Both the position numbers and the translations under genes were made by a program. Under the pieces are notes generated by a model that had not been told where the DNA came from, searched no databases, and was given only the letters and a program-made list of their open reading frames with translations. Below are positions 31,695 to 43,969 of a stretch of DNA of 64,000 nucleotides, piece by piece. Source of the DNA: Halocafeteria seosinensis (taxonomy: Eukaryota); NCBI GenBank assembly GCA_001687465.1, contig LVLI01000549.1, positions 1 to 64,000 on the forward strand, in the 5' to 3' direction. Numbering within the stretch: position 1 is the stretch's first letter; the number at the start of each line of letters is the position of its first letter.

Positions 31695-34142
31695 ATGGCA
31701 AAAGGACGAGAAGTTACTGAAGTTAGTCCCATCAGCAGACAACGAGATCGTAGTGGTACGGGTACCGCAACCCACAATGAGACGGAGGACGCCTCTCTAT
31801 ACAGCCTAAGGGAGAACCTATGGTATCAAGCCTTCGTTGGCGTTGGTTTCGTCGTTGGTCTTGGTGCTACCTTATGGAATTTAGATGAAGAGAGACGACA
31901 GCAGTTTGCTTTTATCGCCGGAATATGTATTCTTATAGCAGGACTGTACCACTTCGTCATGCCTAATTTAACTCTGAGTAAGACAAGCAAACGCTGACAT
32001 TCAAAACCGGGTTACTGTAGGAACTATTCTTTCTGGTCTGTATGGCTTTGCTTGCAGGAGGGAGTGACTCAGGCCCGAACTCGACACAAGGTAGGCCACT
32101 TACATGATGTGGGAATGCATGTCACAGTTGAAAATATAATAATAAAAACTACCGCAGAAGTGTACTTTACCAGTGCCGATGTTCAGTCTTTAAAGAAACG
32201 TCTGCGGGAGAATATTCTACTACGCCGAGCCGCAGCACTTAGTGAAGAAACATACAAGTTCCAAGGAGTTTGCGACGAGAGTCATGTGGAGAGTAAATTG
32301 CATGATATGATACCAAACGGAAACTTCGTCGACAAAAGCAGCATATACCGAGAGTGTATGGAGCGGTCGCCTGAGAAGACTCTAGGAGTACAGCTGGCAA
32401 CATTTCCCCGTCGATTTGGGAAGACGACCTGGCTTTCCTTTATGGACCTCGCAGTAGGTCCCAAACTTTGGAAGAAGCCACTGGAAACAAGGAAGAGATT
32501 TTATCGTTCGCTAGCTACCCTAAGAGAAGGAAAATGGTTTTTGCGATCCCCGGTAAGACCCGTTGTCAGGATCAGCATGGCAAGTATCGATTCAGGAGAG
32601 AGTATGCAGCTAATTATCAAAGGCATATTCGAAAAGTACGGAATACGATCCGCGGTGGGTCTTCCTTTCGGTGGAGGATACCTGCAACGGGCTTTTCAAG
32701 CGCTTGAAGGGATCTACGAACAAGCGATCAACGAATTAGATGTGGAGGAGCCCGATTTGGATGTTCGAACACATGCTTCATCGTCGGTGTTAGTTCTTGT
32801 AGATGAGTATGACAAACCTTACCGGGACTATGAAACTGAAACAAAGGCTAAGGAAAAGAATACTGTTTCAAATATTATCCGCTGCCAGGACGTTTTTTTT
32901 GCATGCTTAAAAGACCTTCTCGAGAGCAGTACGATTTGGGGTGTGTGCATTGTGTCATTGATTCCTCTTGGAAAAGCTGGTCTTTCGGTGCTCCAATGCA
33001 CTCAGGCGTTGACGTTTCGAAAGAAGTTCCATAATCTATTTGGTATCGCTGAAACGGAGCTTTTGTGTGCTCTAGAGGAACAAGCAAGTCAGTCAATGTC
33101 TTTGACCAACGTTCTCGAGTGGGCCGCAACTCCGGAGGTAGCTATCGTCGAACCCAACAGCTCGTGGGTGCAAAAGCGGGAGCAGCTCTTAACTTACCTC
33201 CGCTCAAAAGTCAATGGCTTTTGCATGGCCCTTGATTTGACCGAGCGACTACAGCCGCTCTACAGTCCACTTGACGTAGTGAAGATGCTGTTGCACGTGC
33301 AAGAGTCTAAACCCGAGTTCCCGGAGCTGCAATGGCTTTATAATTCTCGAAGCCCGTATGCCCACCTTCTGAAGAAGATTGGGCGCGAGGGTTTCCGAAA
33401 CGCTATGATAGGTGGTATTGTGAATGCTACGTACTTTCAGCAACGTCAGGCACTATCAGAATACTATGGAAATGATTTCGGGGCGCATTGTTCTCTGCTT
33501 TTCTTTTTGGGCTTACTACAGGTCTCTTGGACTGATGGTAGGAAAGTGGCGCTTGTACCTTCCGACGATGGCCGAAGTTTGTTAGCAAAGATAGAGCTTC
33601 TGGATTGGACCTTTCCGAGACTGAACGCATTACCCGAGAGACAAGTGGACCGCTTCCGTAAAAATCCTACCACCTTGATACAGAAAATTGTGGAATGCAT
33701 TTTGAAGAGTGCCAGGAGAGTAGGCATAAATTACAGGGATCAGACCAACGAACCGCGGGAAATTCCTTTCCAGGGTGCGGCATACCATTGCTTGTACGAC
33801 GTGCTGTACCACCGGCGGATATCTCTGTCAATAGAGACCTATATCAGGAATGATCGAAAGAGAATCGATATAAAATGCGTCGTGGATAGTCTTCTTACTG
33901 TCATCATAGAATTGAAGATGCTCAGAACGAAAAATTTCAGCAAGATGAAGCTCAGAGAGGCTTTAAACCAAGCAATTGATTATACGCGTCGCTTGAATCA
34001 AACTGCTGATAACTGCTTTCTTATCGGGGCTGTGATGCACTGGCATACGTCGAAAGTCTACGTCTCCCACAGACAGTTTGCGGAGGGAATCGACGATGAG
34101 CCTCACTATGACTCATACAACGTTTTTGGTCTACATAAATAA
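31695..34142 (+). CDS. AAA-ATPase-like + PD-(D/E)XK nuclease protein, probably with two N-terminal TM helices via splicing
   Basis: Walker A PRRFGKT, Walker B VLVDEYDKP and nuclease RIDI...IIELK...ALNQAIDY. Predicted introns 31978-32057 and 32091-32157 join the upstream 2-TM ORF in frame. Confidence 0.8.
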
Positions 34143-35424
34143 ATAAGGTGAACACAAATGCACCTCATGTACTGGAGTTAGAGATGCTGCCTGTGAAACT
34201 TCCCTTTGGTCAGGAGGATCGGGATTGGGACATTTTGATGAATCCCTTCTACAGTATGGCGAATACCGTGTTTATAAAGATATCACAGGTATATCTATAT
34301 GCTATTAGATAAGGGGAATCTGATGATGTACTGTATGTGGTTTGTTGGATAAACGCTTTGTTGGGGAGGACGATCGTCGATCAGTCTAAAGTCCTATCGA
34401 AAGATTGTTCGAATAAAGTACTTAGTGAAATTTGTGCTGGGTGAAAGAACTCCACTAGAGCATGTATTATTTATTATTATTATTTATTATTATTTTTTGG
34501 CTTCGAGGGCCATATGGCTCCATGTCTGCCACAGAATGCGATGAGCAGATCTCGAGCGTATACAGCGGCAGAAACAGGGGCTGTTTAATGCGTTCTCATG
34601 ATGCTACCGCCTGTCTTTCCGTGGAATTTACTCTATGTGGATTCACCCAGTGATAGAAGACCTAAGCGATGAGGAAGTAGGGCTGTTGGATGTGTAATGG
34701 TGAGTGGAACAGGAAGAAACTGGTGTACCACACGGTACTTGGTAGTGGATTTCTGTTCCCCTCAATAAATACCGTCATAGAAGGAAGAACCACCATCAGT
34801 ACAGTTTATGTACCTGCTAGGGTAACATTCCCCTGTTACCAAAGGTAAAGCAAGTACAGCTGCTACGGACCACGGCCCCCATACAATCGTACAACCGTAC
34901 CACTTCGGGACTTATTCCCACCGGAGCTCATTCTTCGTCGCTGTGGCATCCTTTGCATAGGAAGAAAGCAATCTCAAAGAAAGGAAACACAAGTGGGCAA
35001 ACAAAGACTGTTTCAGAGCATTCTTAGTGCAACTTTCTACAACGGAACAGTTGCACAAGACTTGTTGGGGTACCGGTAATACATGGGTATAAATTAAAGA
35101 AAGAACGCACTTCCTTACACCGACGCTCCTCACCAATCAAACAAGGCTATCAACCGCATGTACGTTACAAAAAGTCCAACCTAAAGGATTGTAGCTACAG
35201 CTCACTTCCAGGGGGTAGACTCTACCGGTAGATTCCAGCTTTGTCCTGAAGAACACTTTCCGCATCTCGTGTTGTTTGTCGCGTTCTAGCTCCATGTTGA
35301 GTGCACAGTGCACTGCAAATTTAACTAGTTGTTGCGAAGCAAGGATACATAGTGGTTGGAATTGTCCGTATCGGTCTTTCTCGTTAATTTGTCTCGAAAG
35401 AATACACAGAAGGGGAAAAGGAAG

Positions 35425-35939
35425 ATGTCGTCCCAGGTGCACGCTCTACGCAAAGCCGAAAAGGATGCTATGGAGATGATTCAGGCGGCTCGAGATGGTA
35501 TGTCGGCGGTCATATACTTTCTTTAGTATATTTCCTTTGATACTGACTTGTTTTGGAGGTGCGATTCGATGTGTACAGAGCGCCGAACGCGTCTGAAACA
35601 GGCCGTCAAAGATGCCGATGAGGAAATCGCTGAGTATGAACGCCAGGAAATGGAGCGATTAGACCGTACACACCCTCCGGTATCGGAGACAGAGAAGGAA
35701 AAAGAGAAATCATCCGAGTCGAAACAGGCTGATGAGAAGATAAAACACATGCAGTAAGTGAGCATCCTACCAGCTGCTGCAGAACAAGCAAGCTCATGGG
35801 TGGGATGTATGAGAGTATGTCTTACATGTTAGCGATATGAGTTTTGCGATCTTGTTTTCTTTCGTGCAGCAAGGAATTCGAAGAAAATAGGCAAAATGCC
35901 AAAGACTTCTTGATTCATGTTGTCACCAACGTAGAGTAG
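35425..35939 (+). CDS. ATP6V1G: V-type ATPase subunit G (exons 35425-35497, 35579-35753, 35870-35939)
   Basis: Spliced translation MSSQVHALRKAEKDAMEMIQAARDERRTRLKQAVKDADEEIAEY...FEENRQNAKDFLIHVVTNVE*. Confidence 0.9.
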
Positions 35940-36385
35940 AAAGCGGGCATAGAATGCACAGCTTTTGAATGCACAGCTTTTCTTCGGCAAGAAAATGTAC
36001 GCGGCTCAGATCACTCTTTTGTAGTTCACCTTCGATGTGAATTGATGTTCGATTGTAGATAGCCGATTCATTTTGCTTCCTCTTTCTCTTGTAAGTACCA
36101 GCGCTGGTGAGACCGGAAATCTGCCATGTCTGTAGTAGCGTAGATATATTAGGGCATCCCGAGACGCTCGGTAGCATGATCTATTTTGTTTTTCTGGCTG
36201 CCATATGAACCATAACACAACACGCAACCGATAATTAAATTACATTATGGATACGGAAGGAACCCTTGTCTTATTTTACGCGACGCATTCCACATTTTGT
36301 GACCGCGGCAACATAATTTGAGTTGACACACCAATTGCAGCGCACAGTTCGAGACAAAACACACTTGGATCCGGTGTTCTCTTGA

Positions 36386-37566
36386 CTATTGGTTTGGATT
36401 CGAGTCATTGACACTGTAAGTGACCGCTCTTTTATTCACATGTTTCCAGACAAGCTTCAAAAACTGACCGCTGCTTCTTTGCTTTACGTACTGCCGTCGA
36501 AACTCCATGAATTGTCTTATCGTCTGGCTTTTGCGTGGAAATTTGTGTAAAAAATGGGCTACTGTGTCGCCCATACCAAGGACAAAATCGACCATGGATG
36601 AACGACTTTCTTCCGGCACCGCGGTGGTCGTCTTGAGCCATTTCAACCTAATCATAGAGCCTTCTAAATTGACAAAATCCGCGTTGACACCATCCTGTTC
36701 ATATATTTTGCCCAAAATATATTCTTTGGTCTTTGTTGTGTCCATGCAAGATACACTTGGTCCTTTTGCGTAGAGAAGACCGGATTGTTGCCCAGGAAAT
36801 CCAATAAGACACACCGTAATGTCTTCCCTTAAACACAGAACACGCAAGACAATCACTGATTGGCCCAATTTCCGGAACGGGTAGTTCTGGTAGCTAGCAA
36901 ATAAAGACCGGCCATCCTTTTCGTCGATGCGTCGACTAATATCTTGAAATGCTTTCCATATGCAGTCCGTCACGAATCCGACATCCATGCCAGCGTACAA
37001 TTTTTTCCAGACAACAGACTCGACACCAACATCCTTCAGGAGTGCATTGTGCGCAAAATATTCATACAATGAATTATACTGGAGGACAGAGAGGTGAGCT
37101 TCCCGCCATCGGGACGGTGTACTAGGCCCATGCCGCGTCAACTTCGCCTTCCGCGTTGGAACACGTTCAGGCGTGTACGGCTGTCGTTCGATGCCGGGGC
37201 GGTTTGCTGCTGAACGTGTCAGCTTTGGACACATTTTGATACACGAAATGCAAATATGATTACCTACAGCAACGACGATAGATCCTACAATACAATACAG
37301 TCGTTCGTATATAGCCTGGCAAAACTACAAACCTACGCCACTTCTTCGCCGGTGCTGCGAGTTTTTTTCACCGAGAAATTTATATCAGGCCCGTCCGCGT
37401 GTGTAATAGTATTGCTCCTACCGGAAGATGTGTAGGCCTGTCCGTGTGCAAACTTTCCCATCCTGCGTTGTATCCTCTTCACATCGTTTGCATAGTCCCA
37501 AGTCCCTGCATATCTCCCCTGGTCCGATTTGGCGCCGTGGAAATTGCTTTTTTGGGATACGTACAA
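36386..37566 (-). CDS. hypothetical protein (probably two or more exons, 5' end uncertain)
   Basis: 282-codon ORF plus an upstream ORF ending at a possible donor; no family recognised. Confidence 0.45.
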
Positions 37567-38146
37567 CCAATAACGAGGGCAGGAAGAAAAAACAGTGTTA
37601 ACTCAACCTAAAGGCGACTGTACCGCTGAGAGAAAAAACAAACAATACTCGTAGCCATCCGTGGAGTTGTACATAAAGTTGTTTCGAGTCGAAAAACTTT
37701 CGGCAAAGGACCAAGAAGAGTGTGTCAACTTGTCAAGATGGAAGAAATAGAAGAGAATGAAAACGAAAATGACATGTCGACGCACAACTTCCAATTCCAA
37801 AGACCATGTACGGTATACAACTAAGAAAAATCGTCGAATAACATGCGCGCGATGACTCAGTAGTCGACAGCAACCAACTCGAAAGACGTCCTTGAATTTA
37901 ATCCGAACGGCTACTCTACTTGTATGGTAAAAGAAATGCGGTTGACATTGCTTACATTGGGAGAGGCAAAACTACTGTACTCTTATATTCGTTCAATAGC
38001 TGTTCCATTCATACTCCGCAGTCCCGTATCCTCCCTACTTACATAGCCGAATTGTATTTTGTTTTATAGAACCAATTGTGATAATTAACATTGCGAGCAA
38101 GTTATTGTTATTCCATCATTATCCGTTCAACTTTACCAGTATGCTT

Positions 38147-39219
38147 CTACTCGTTTCCTTCCATCCCATATTCACGGCGGAACTCTTGTCGAGCTTTCTC
38201 TGCCACCTCTGGGTCTATTTTTCCCGTCATTGGGTCAGTCCCTAAGGGTCTTCGGAAGAGTAAAATATGAGGTTCCGGTCTGTATTCACAAGGATACCTC
38301 AAGCAGTCCAGAGGGTACATGTTGGTTTGACCAGCCTGAAGAACCACTTACCGATGCAAAGCGTAATGTGTCCATCCACGACTCTGTAGAGACAGCAAGA
38401 GCAAACACACATTATTCACACCCAACGGCATTTTCATTGGATGCACTTTAGATATACGTACTTGTTGAATACCTATACTCCTCCATTCTTGTTCCGAAAG
38501 TAATCTAGACTCTGGCACACTCTTCGCCAGTTCCTTTGGGAGTATAACGTGGCGGTACTCATAGTTATCGTCACTGCGTAGTATGGAGAAAGAAAAGACA
38601 CACAAGTCAGATTCCGGGACTCCACGCGAAACTTTCAGAAGCCATCAACATTAAGAACAACAGCCATCCCACAACCAGAATGTGCGTAGAATTTTTTGGC
38701 GCATCGTTGAAGCCCCATAAACGGCTGGTAGAACATTCCACAGGGGCCGCCAAGGGGAACAAAAAAGGTTTTTTGAATCTTTCAAATAGCATTTTCCCAT
38801 TTTTCGCACCGCACTCGACGTAGTCATGTGCCACATGCATGCTTTCCCATCATAATGCGAGGAAACGAGCGCACATGTTTTGCGAACCATTTGAACCTCC
38901 TGGGATAGGGTATTCCACCCTGCAATGCGCTCAGGCCTCTCCAGGTTTCTCTCACGCATTTACTCCACCCCACTTCACACAGGTCAATGGCAATATAATG
39001 CCCTTCTCTTGTGTTCTCGATTAGACCACTTGGCCTAGCGCAGGGAGCCTCAATACCCAGACGCATTCATGGAGAACATTCATGTAAACGCCCATGGACG
39101 CGCGTATTTTGCTCGGGGAACTCAAAAAACCAGCACGAGAATATCTTTCTCACGAGGGAGTGTATCACTTACCAGTACTTTTCTGAGTACTCAATTCGGG
39201 ACCGTATATCCTGAGGCAT
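38147..39219 (-). CDS. CKS1: cyclin-dependent kinase regulatory subunit CKS (four exons)
   Basis: MPQDIRSRIEYSEKYC-DDNYEYRHVILPKELAK...[33 protein letters not shown]; first intron 38574-39172. Confidence 0.95.
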
Positions 39220-39688
39220 TTTTATGTATAGTGTTTGTGTGTCCTTTCTGTAAAACGGAGATCCTATTAAATGGAGCTCTCGAGGATTTGGCGCGAAAAA
39301 CCCTTGCTCGCGGCAAAATTCAATGAATGCTACACGACAATAGCCAATTGGGCAACGTAAGAATATCGCTAGCTATTTTCTTTTTGTAGAAATGTTTTAT
39401 GAACAGTTAATCGGTTATGTACCAATCCCATGAAATGATCACTTATGGAAAATTCTGGCAAGTGTTCCACGTTGAAGTCTTGCTAAACGCTCGTTTTCCG
39501 CACAAAATGGGTGTGTTGGAATTCAAAAACGTACAGTGTCCAGTGTTGCAGTGCTACCAACAATGTCTAGTGTCAGTAGTACAATACAGTAGTGCCTAAC
39601 CTAGTCTAGTAATTCGTCTGTTATGTATCCGTAGAAAAAGGGTGGTACTTTCGGCCAGCTCTGCACAGTGCAAGTGTATTTTCTCCCG

Positions 39689-39704
39689 CACACACACACA
39701 CACG

Positions 39705-39738
<34 letters not shown>

Positions 39739-39756
39739 CCGTATATATATATATAT
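39689..39756. repeat. compound (CA)n(TA)n microsatellite
   Basis: Directly visible dinucleotide runs. Confidence 0.95.
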
Positions 39757-40381
39757 GTGACAGATAGCCCTTTCTCCCGTGCTAAAACTGCCGAGGCAGT
39801 GCGGACTCATCTGGTTCATACACTGTATTGAATCAGAAATAACGATCGCGCAGGAGTGGAGGTTACTGTCAAACGTTTAGACATACTGATACAGGTCAGT
39901 AACATTCTATCAGCCTGCTTAGAATTGATACTTGAGGCCAAGTCAAGTTCATGGTAACCTCGATTGGGACGAGTTCGGAAACCGGCAACAATTCCCTGGG
40001 AAACTTTTACCTCCCGCTCTCGAAATGGACTACAGAAACCGTCAATTGTAAGTACATGACATTCTTCAAATTATCCTGGCATATTTCGGCAACGGCGTCC
40101 GGCAACATGAGCAATCCAATCAGCTACACCAATCGTGGCATGCCACGCCATCCATATTTCATTCGGCCCTCCGTGCAGGTGCCTGTCTTTCTGTACTTAT
40201 GCTCCAGTCCCAGTGCAGTGTCCCATGAAGTGTGCTTTTTGCTCGAAGTCTTTGCATTCTAGTCAGTTCCGCCAGTGTGTCACGCAACGAGGTGTTCATA
40301 GTTTACTCAGCAACGTAATCTTGGCGAAATAAAACAGTGTCTTAACTGGATTTTTTTCCGTAAGGAACAATGAATTGTATC

Positions 40382-41947
40382 CTATTCGCTACACCTTTTC
40401 CCGCGTTGAGGAGGAATATTCTGTTTCCCAGTTAACGATTCAGGCGTAACCGATGGAGTATAGGTCCTGGAAGGAGTAGAACACTGTGTGGTTGATGGGG
40501 AAGGAGTATTGCTAGTGGATGAAGAGGCGGTGCCTGTGGCTGAACGCGTTGACGTTAGGGTTCCCGACGCACTAGCACTCCCAGTAGGTGTTGGAGTCAT
40601 ACTGGGCATTTGGAAGCGCAGAATCGGTAGGTTGCTAGCACTCGTTTCATCTAAAGTCCATACAGCTTCCGACCATAAGGGCTTTTGTCCAGAATGGTAT
40701 AATTTACCTTCAATTTCCTTCAGGTTATCTGTGTTTCCTTGAGAGCGGTCGACGCCGCCAACTCCTATGAGTTTTCCTGGCCCGTTGTACACAGAGAACT
40801 CCACGTTGATGAAACCAGTTGCAGTGGCAACGACATGTCCAATGATTCCACCTGCCTCTGTTCCTGTGATAGATCCTGCCGTATATGTATTGAGAACATG
40901 CACAATTCCGCTCGGCGCTTCGGTTTCACCTCCAGTCATTGCACCACAGACACCACCAGATCTCTTCCCGACGATTTCCCCTCTGGTATAGCAATCTTCA
41001 ATGCGTACTTCTCCGTTATCCTCTGCCGTATCTCTTCCCGCTATACCTCCGCTATGAAGGCCAGATATATTCCCAAGAGTGTAGCATTCCTTAATGTACA
41101 TAAATCCATGATTAGACGCAGCACCGCTTACAATACCACCAGCGTTGTCACCTCTTATATCGCCAACGGAGTGGCATTGCTCTATAAACACGCTTCCGCG
41201 ATGCGTTCCAACAGGGCTTCCGCAAATACCACCAGCCCATGGCCCCTTGATGTCCCCTTTTGAATGACAATTGCTGACGTTTGCAATACCATTATCATAT
41301 CCCACTTTCCTTCCAATTATACCGCCTGCCCGATTGCCCATAGTTCCCGTTGAGTAGGAGTTCGAAATCTTGATTTGCCCATAATTCCTACCGCTCTGGT
41401 ACCCGCAAATTCCACCTCCTCCCCAATTGTCAATCGCTCCTGTTGAGCTGCAGGATTCTACGATGAAGTATTGCTGCCGACTTTGAACTATGAAGCCGGC
41501 TTTAGATGCAATTCTCCCATTTCGAAGATGAACATTCTTTATAGTGGGTGCTTCAGCGAAGCTGGTGACACCTTCTATAGTGAAAAGTCCATCGAAATCA
41601 AGAATGCCATCCAAATCAATAGCGTTTCCATAACCTCCATCGAATATCTCATTCCTGCCTAACGAGATGTGGTGCTGTTCTGAATACTCCCATCGAAGCG
41701 TCTTGCACACGAGTCTGAACGTATTCGTCTCCCGCTCGAAGCGAAAACAGGGCTCGCTCCCGTTTACGATGCTCTCCCTCAAGTCTGTAGTTCTGGCCGA
41801 AAGGCAATACTGCGTTGTCCATGCGAGAACCAAGACAAACGTCACGGTCACGGTGGAAAAGACATCAGCGCGTTTCCGGACGGAAAGAATGCGTAAAGAA
41901 AGCAGACTGTTTAACGGAGTGAGATGCACACCACGGTTGAGCAACAT
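40382..41947 (-). CDS. secreted or surface glycine-rich GLUG-like repeat protein with Ser/Thr/Pro tail
   Basis: Hydrophobic N-terminal segment; about seven repeats of I..CYS.G.I.G..(A/S)GGI(C/V/I)G; TPTPTGSASAS mucin-like tail; single ORF. Confidence 0.75.
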   Translation of the reverse strand: MLLNRGVHLTPLNSLLSLRILSVRKRADVFSTVTVTFVLVLAWTTQYCLSARTTDLRESIVNGSEPCFRFERETNTFRLVCKTLRWEYSEQHHISLGRNEIFDGGYGNAIDLDGILDFDGLFTIEGVTSFAEAPTIKNVHLRNGRIASKAGFIVQSRQQYFIVESCSSTGAIDNWGGGGICGYQSGRNYGQIKISNSYSTGTMGNRAGGIIGRKVGYDNGIANVSNCHSKGDIKGPWAGGICGSPVGTHRGSVFIEQCHSVGDIRGDNAGGIVSGAASNHGFMYIKECYTLGNISGLHSGGIAGRDTAEDNGEVRIEDCYTRGEIVGKRSGGVCGAMTGGETEAPSGIVHVLNTYTAGSITGTEAGGIIGHVVATATGFINVEFSVYNGPGKLIGVGGVDRSQGNTDNLKEIEGKLYHSGQKPLWSEAVWTLDETSASNLPILRFQMPSMTPTPTGSASASGTLTSTRSATGTASSSTSNTPSPSTTQCSTPSRTYTPSVTPESLTGKQNIPPQRGKRCSE

Positions 41948-42883
41948 ACTCTCATCCCTCTTATTCTACGTCGTTGTACCTCGAAGTTATTTTCTTAAGT
42001 ACCAATGGTAGTTCAGCCGTAATTTTGTCCGGAACCCGGGGTTTCCAGTAATACACACACTGTTCATGAGAATTGCGTCAACAACATGTAGTATGCTGCC
42101 AGCTCAAGAAGCACGTGGAATCTACCCGTTTCTTTTTTTGCGCCGTGTGTTTGTAACTGTGTCACAGTGAAAATGATCTTGGGCTCCAGAATCTAAGCCC
42201 AGATATCAGCAGAATCCACTGATGAAGCAAGAAACCCCGGCCTTCCGCTGTTGTACGCTACTTCGGTAGTTCCTGCTCTATTAAGAGGAGAAAAGTGGTT
42301 TATACGTATAATGTGCTCCATGCTGCTTCTGACACTCGTCTGTGGATAGTTGGACGGAAATATACATGTCACGTCTTCCGAGCGCCAGTGGATCACACTT
42401 AAATAGTGCCTCAATCACTATCACTGGTGAACTGGGAAGAGTGGAGCTGTTTCAGTCTTGAGGAGGTACCGAACACACTGGAAAAGAGTAAAGCAAGTTG
42501 CTTTAAGCAACAAGTTGCCGACAACATATGATCAATGAAATGACTGTTTCGAAGTCGAGGAAGCGCAGGCAGTCCGGGGAGGCCAGGGACGCAGCCTTGG
42601 CTAACGGAAAAACGGTGTAGAATTCGGGAAGGGATAGATCGACTTCGACGGTCGGAGGAGTGGTCTTTCGCATGCTAAACGGTGGCGAGGTAAACGGGGA
42701 GAGGACGTTTATTGTGTATGTATCCAATGAATTCGCTATTGCTTAAGCAATTACTTAGTTTATCGAATCGACGCTGTACTGTTGGCTACAGGCTTCTGCC
42801 ATCGTTATTAAAAAAGAATAACAATTATTGGAATCCTCCACCTTGTATATCATCAGAAAAGTCTCTGAAATGTTCGCACTAAG

Positions 42884-43446
42884 TTACTGGGCAGCTTCCT
42901 CCTTCTTCTGTTCTTCCTCTGGTTCATCGCCGATATCTCTCTGGGCTTCCTGTATGACGACTAAAGTGGCAGCATCTCCTGGAGCAATAATAAGTTCCTT
43001 CTTTGCCGTTCTTAACCTCAAGCACTGTACGAGAGGATCCATCTCCTGCATTTCAATGAGTGATCAATAGTAATTTGTTAGCGTCGCAGTGCGGCGCTAC
43101 TTACTTCCGATAGACTTTCTGTTCCTGAATGATGGTGATGCTGTTGATTATTACGGCCAAATAACTTTCGACAGCTTCTTTGGGATCGTTGGACTAACTG
43201 TGATACAAGGGCTGCATAATGTGTAACCGAAGCTGGGATAGTGGATGATGCCGGTGCTTCCGTTTCTCCTGGCATGCCAGACAGGGCTTCTTGAGCTCCA
43301 AGAGCACCCGTATTCCCATCGAAACCATTCTGGGACCACTTAACAGGAATTCCAGCTTCGTTTACAACCATATATCCTACAACTCCGGGTAAATGAAGCA
43401 GTGGCTTCATCGTGGCATCCACGTCTGGAGGACCTTCATCCTGCAT
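42884..43446 (-). CDS. Roadblock/LC7-family dynein light chain-like protein (two exons)
   Basis: LPGVVGYMVVNEAGIPVK...HYAALVSQLVQRSQ...CLRLRTAKKELIIAPGDAATLVVIQ. Confidence 0.85.
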
Positions 43447-43969
43447 TTCCCGTTACCAGAGACACTCAAGAGGATGGAAGCGTACTATAAGGAGAAAATA
43501 CAAGGCTTACATTTCGGTCTGCCATTGTATCGTGAATTAAAAATCTCTCAGTGTAAGCAACAAGCCGTGGGATCCACCGAAGCCGTTAGTTCCGTCGCAC
43601 GATTCAAAGCAGTATACGAGTATGGTACAGCTATGATCACGTCTGTAGGTAAAATAACTTGTATATGCACAGTTCACTATCCTCCATCAAACTTTATACA
43701 TACAAATAGTAACTTTGTAGAGCAATGGCCCGATATTGAAAGGCGTTCCCTCAGGTTGAAGTTGTATACTTCAGTCAAATCCAGGAAGTACCCACAACTT
43801 GGGCCACAACTTGTCACCCACAAGTAGGCCCACAACGGACCACATACAAGCTTGATAGAAAATAGGGGATCGTTGCATTTAAGATACCGTTTCTATCAGT
43901 GCAATGGGTAGTATATTGATAAATGAAGTTGCGTAATGGTGACCCTGAGCAGGATATGCATAGCGAGTC

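Noticed and set aside
34143..35400. Short ORFs in the spacer after the ATPase-nuclease gene
   Set aside because: No motifs, repeats or consistent exon structure found.
38700..39125. RNase MRP RNA in the CKS1 intron (GTTCCCCG ... ATGGGGCTT on the minus strand)
   Set aside because: Only partial resemblance to the conserved regions; cannot be supported without a covariance-model search.
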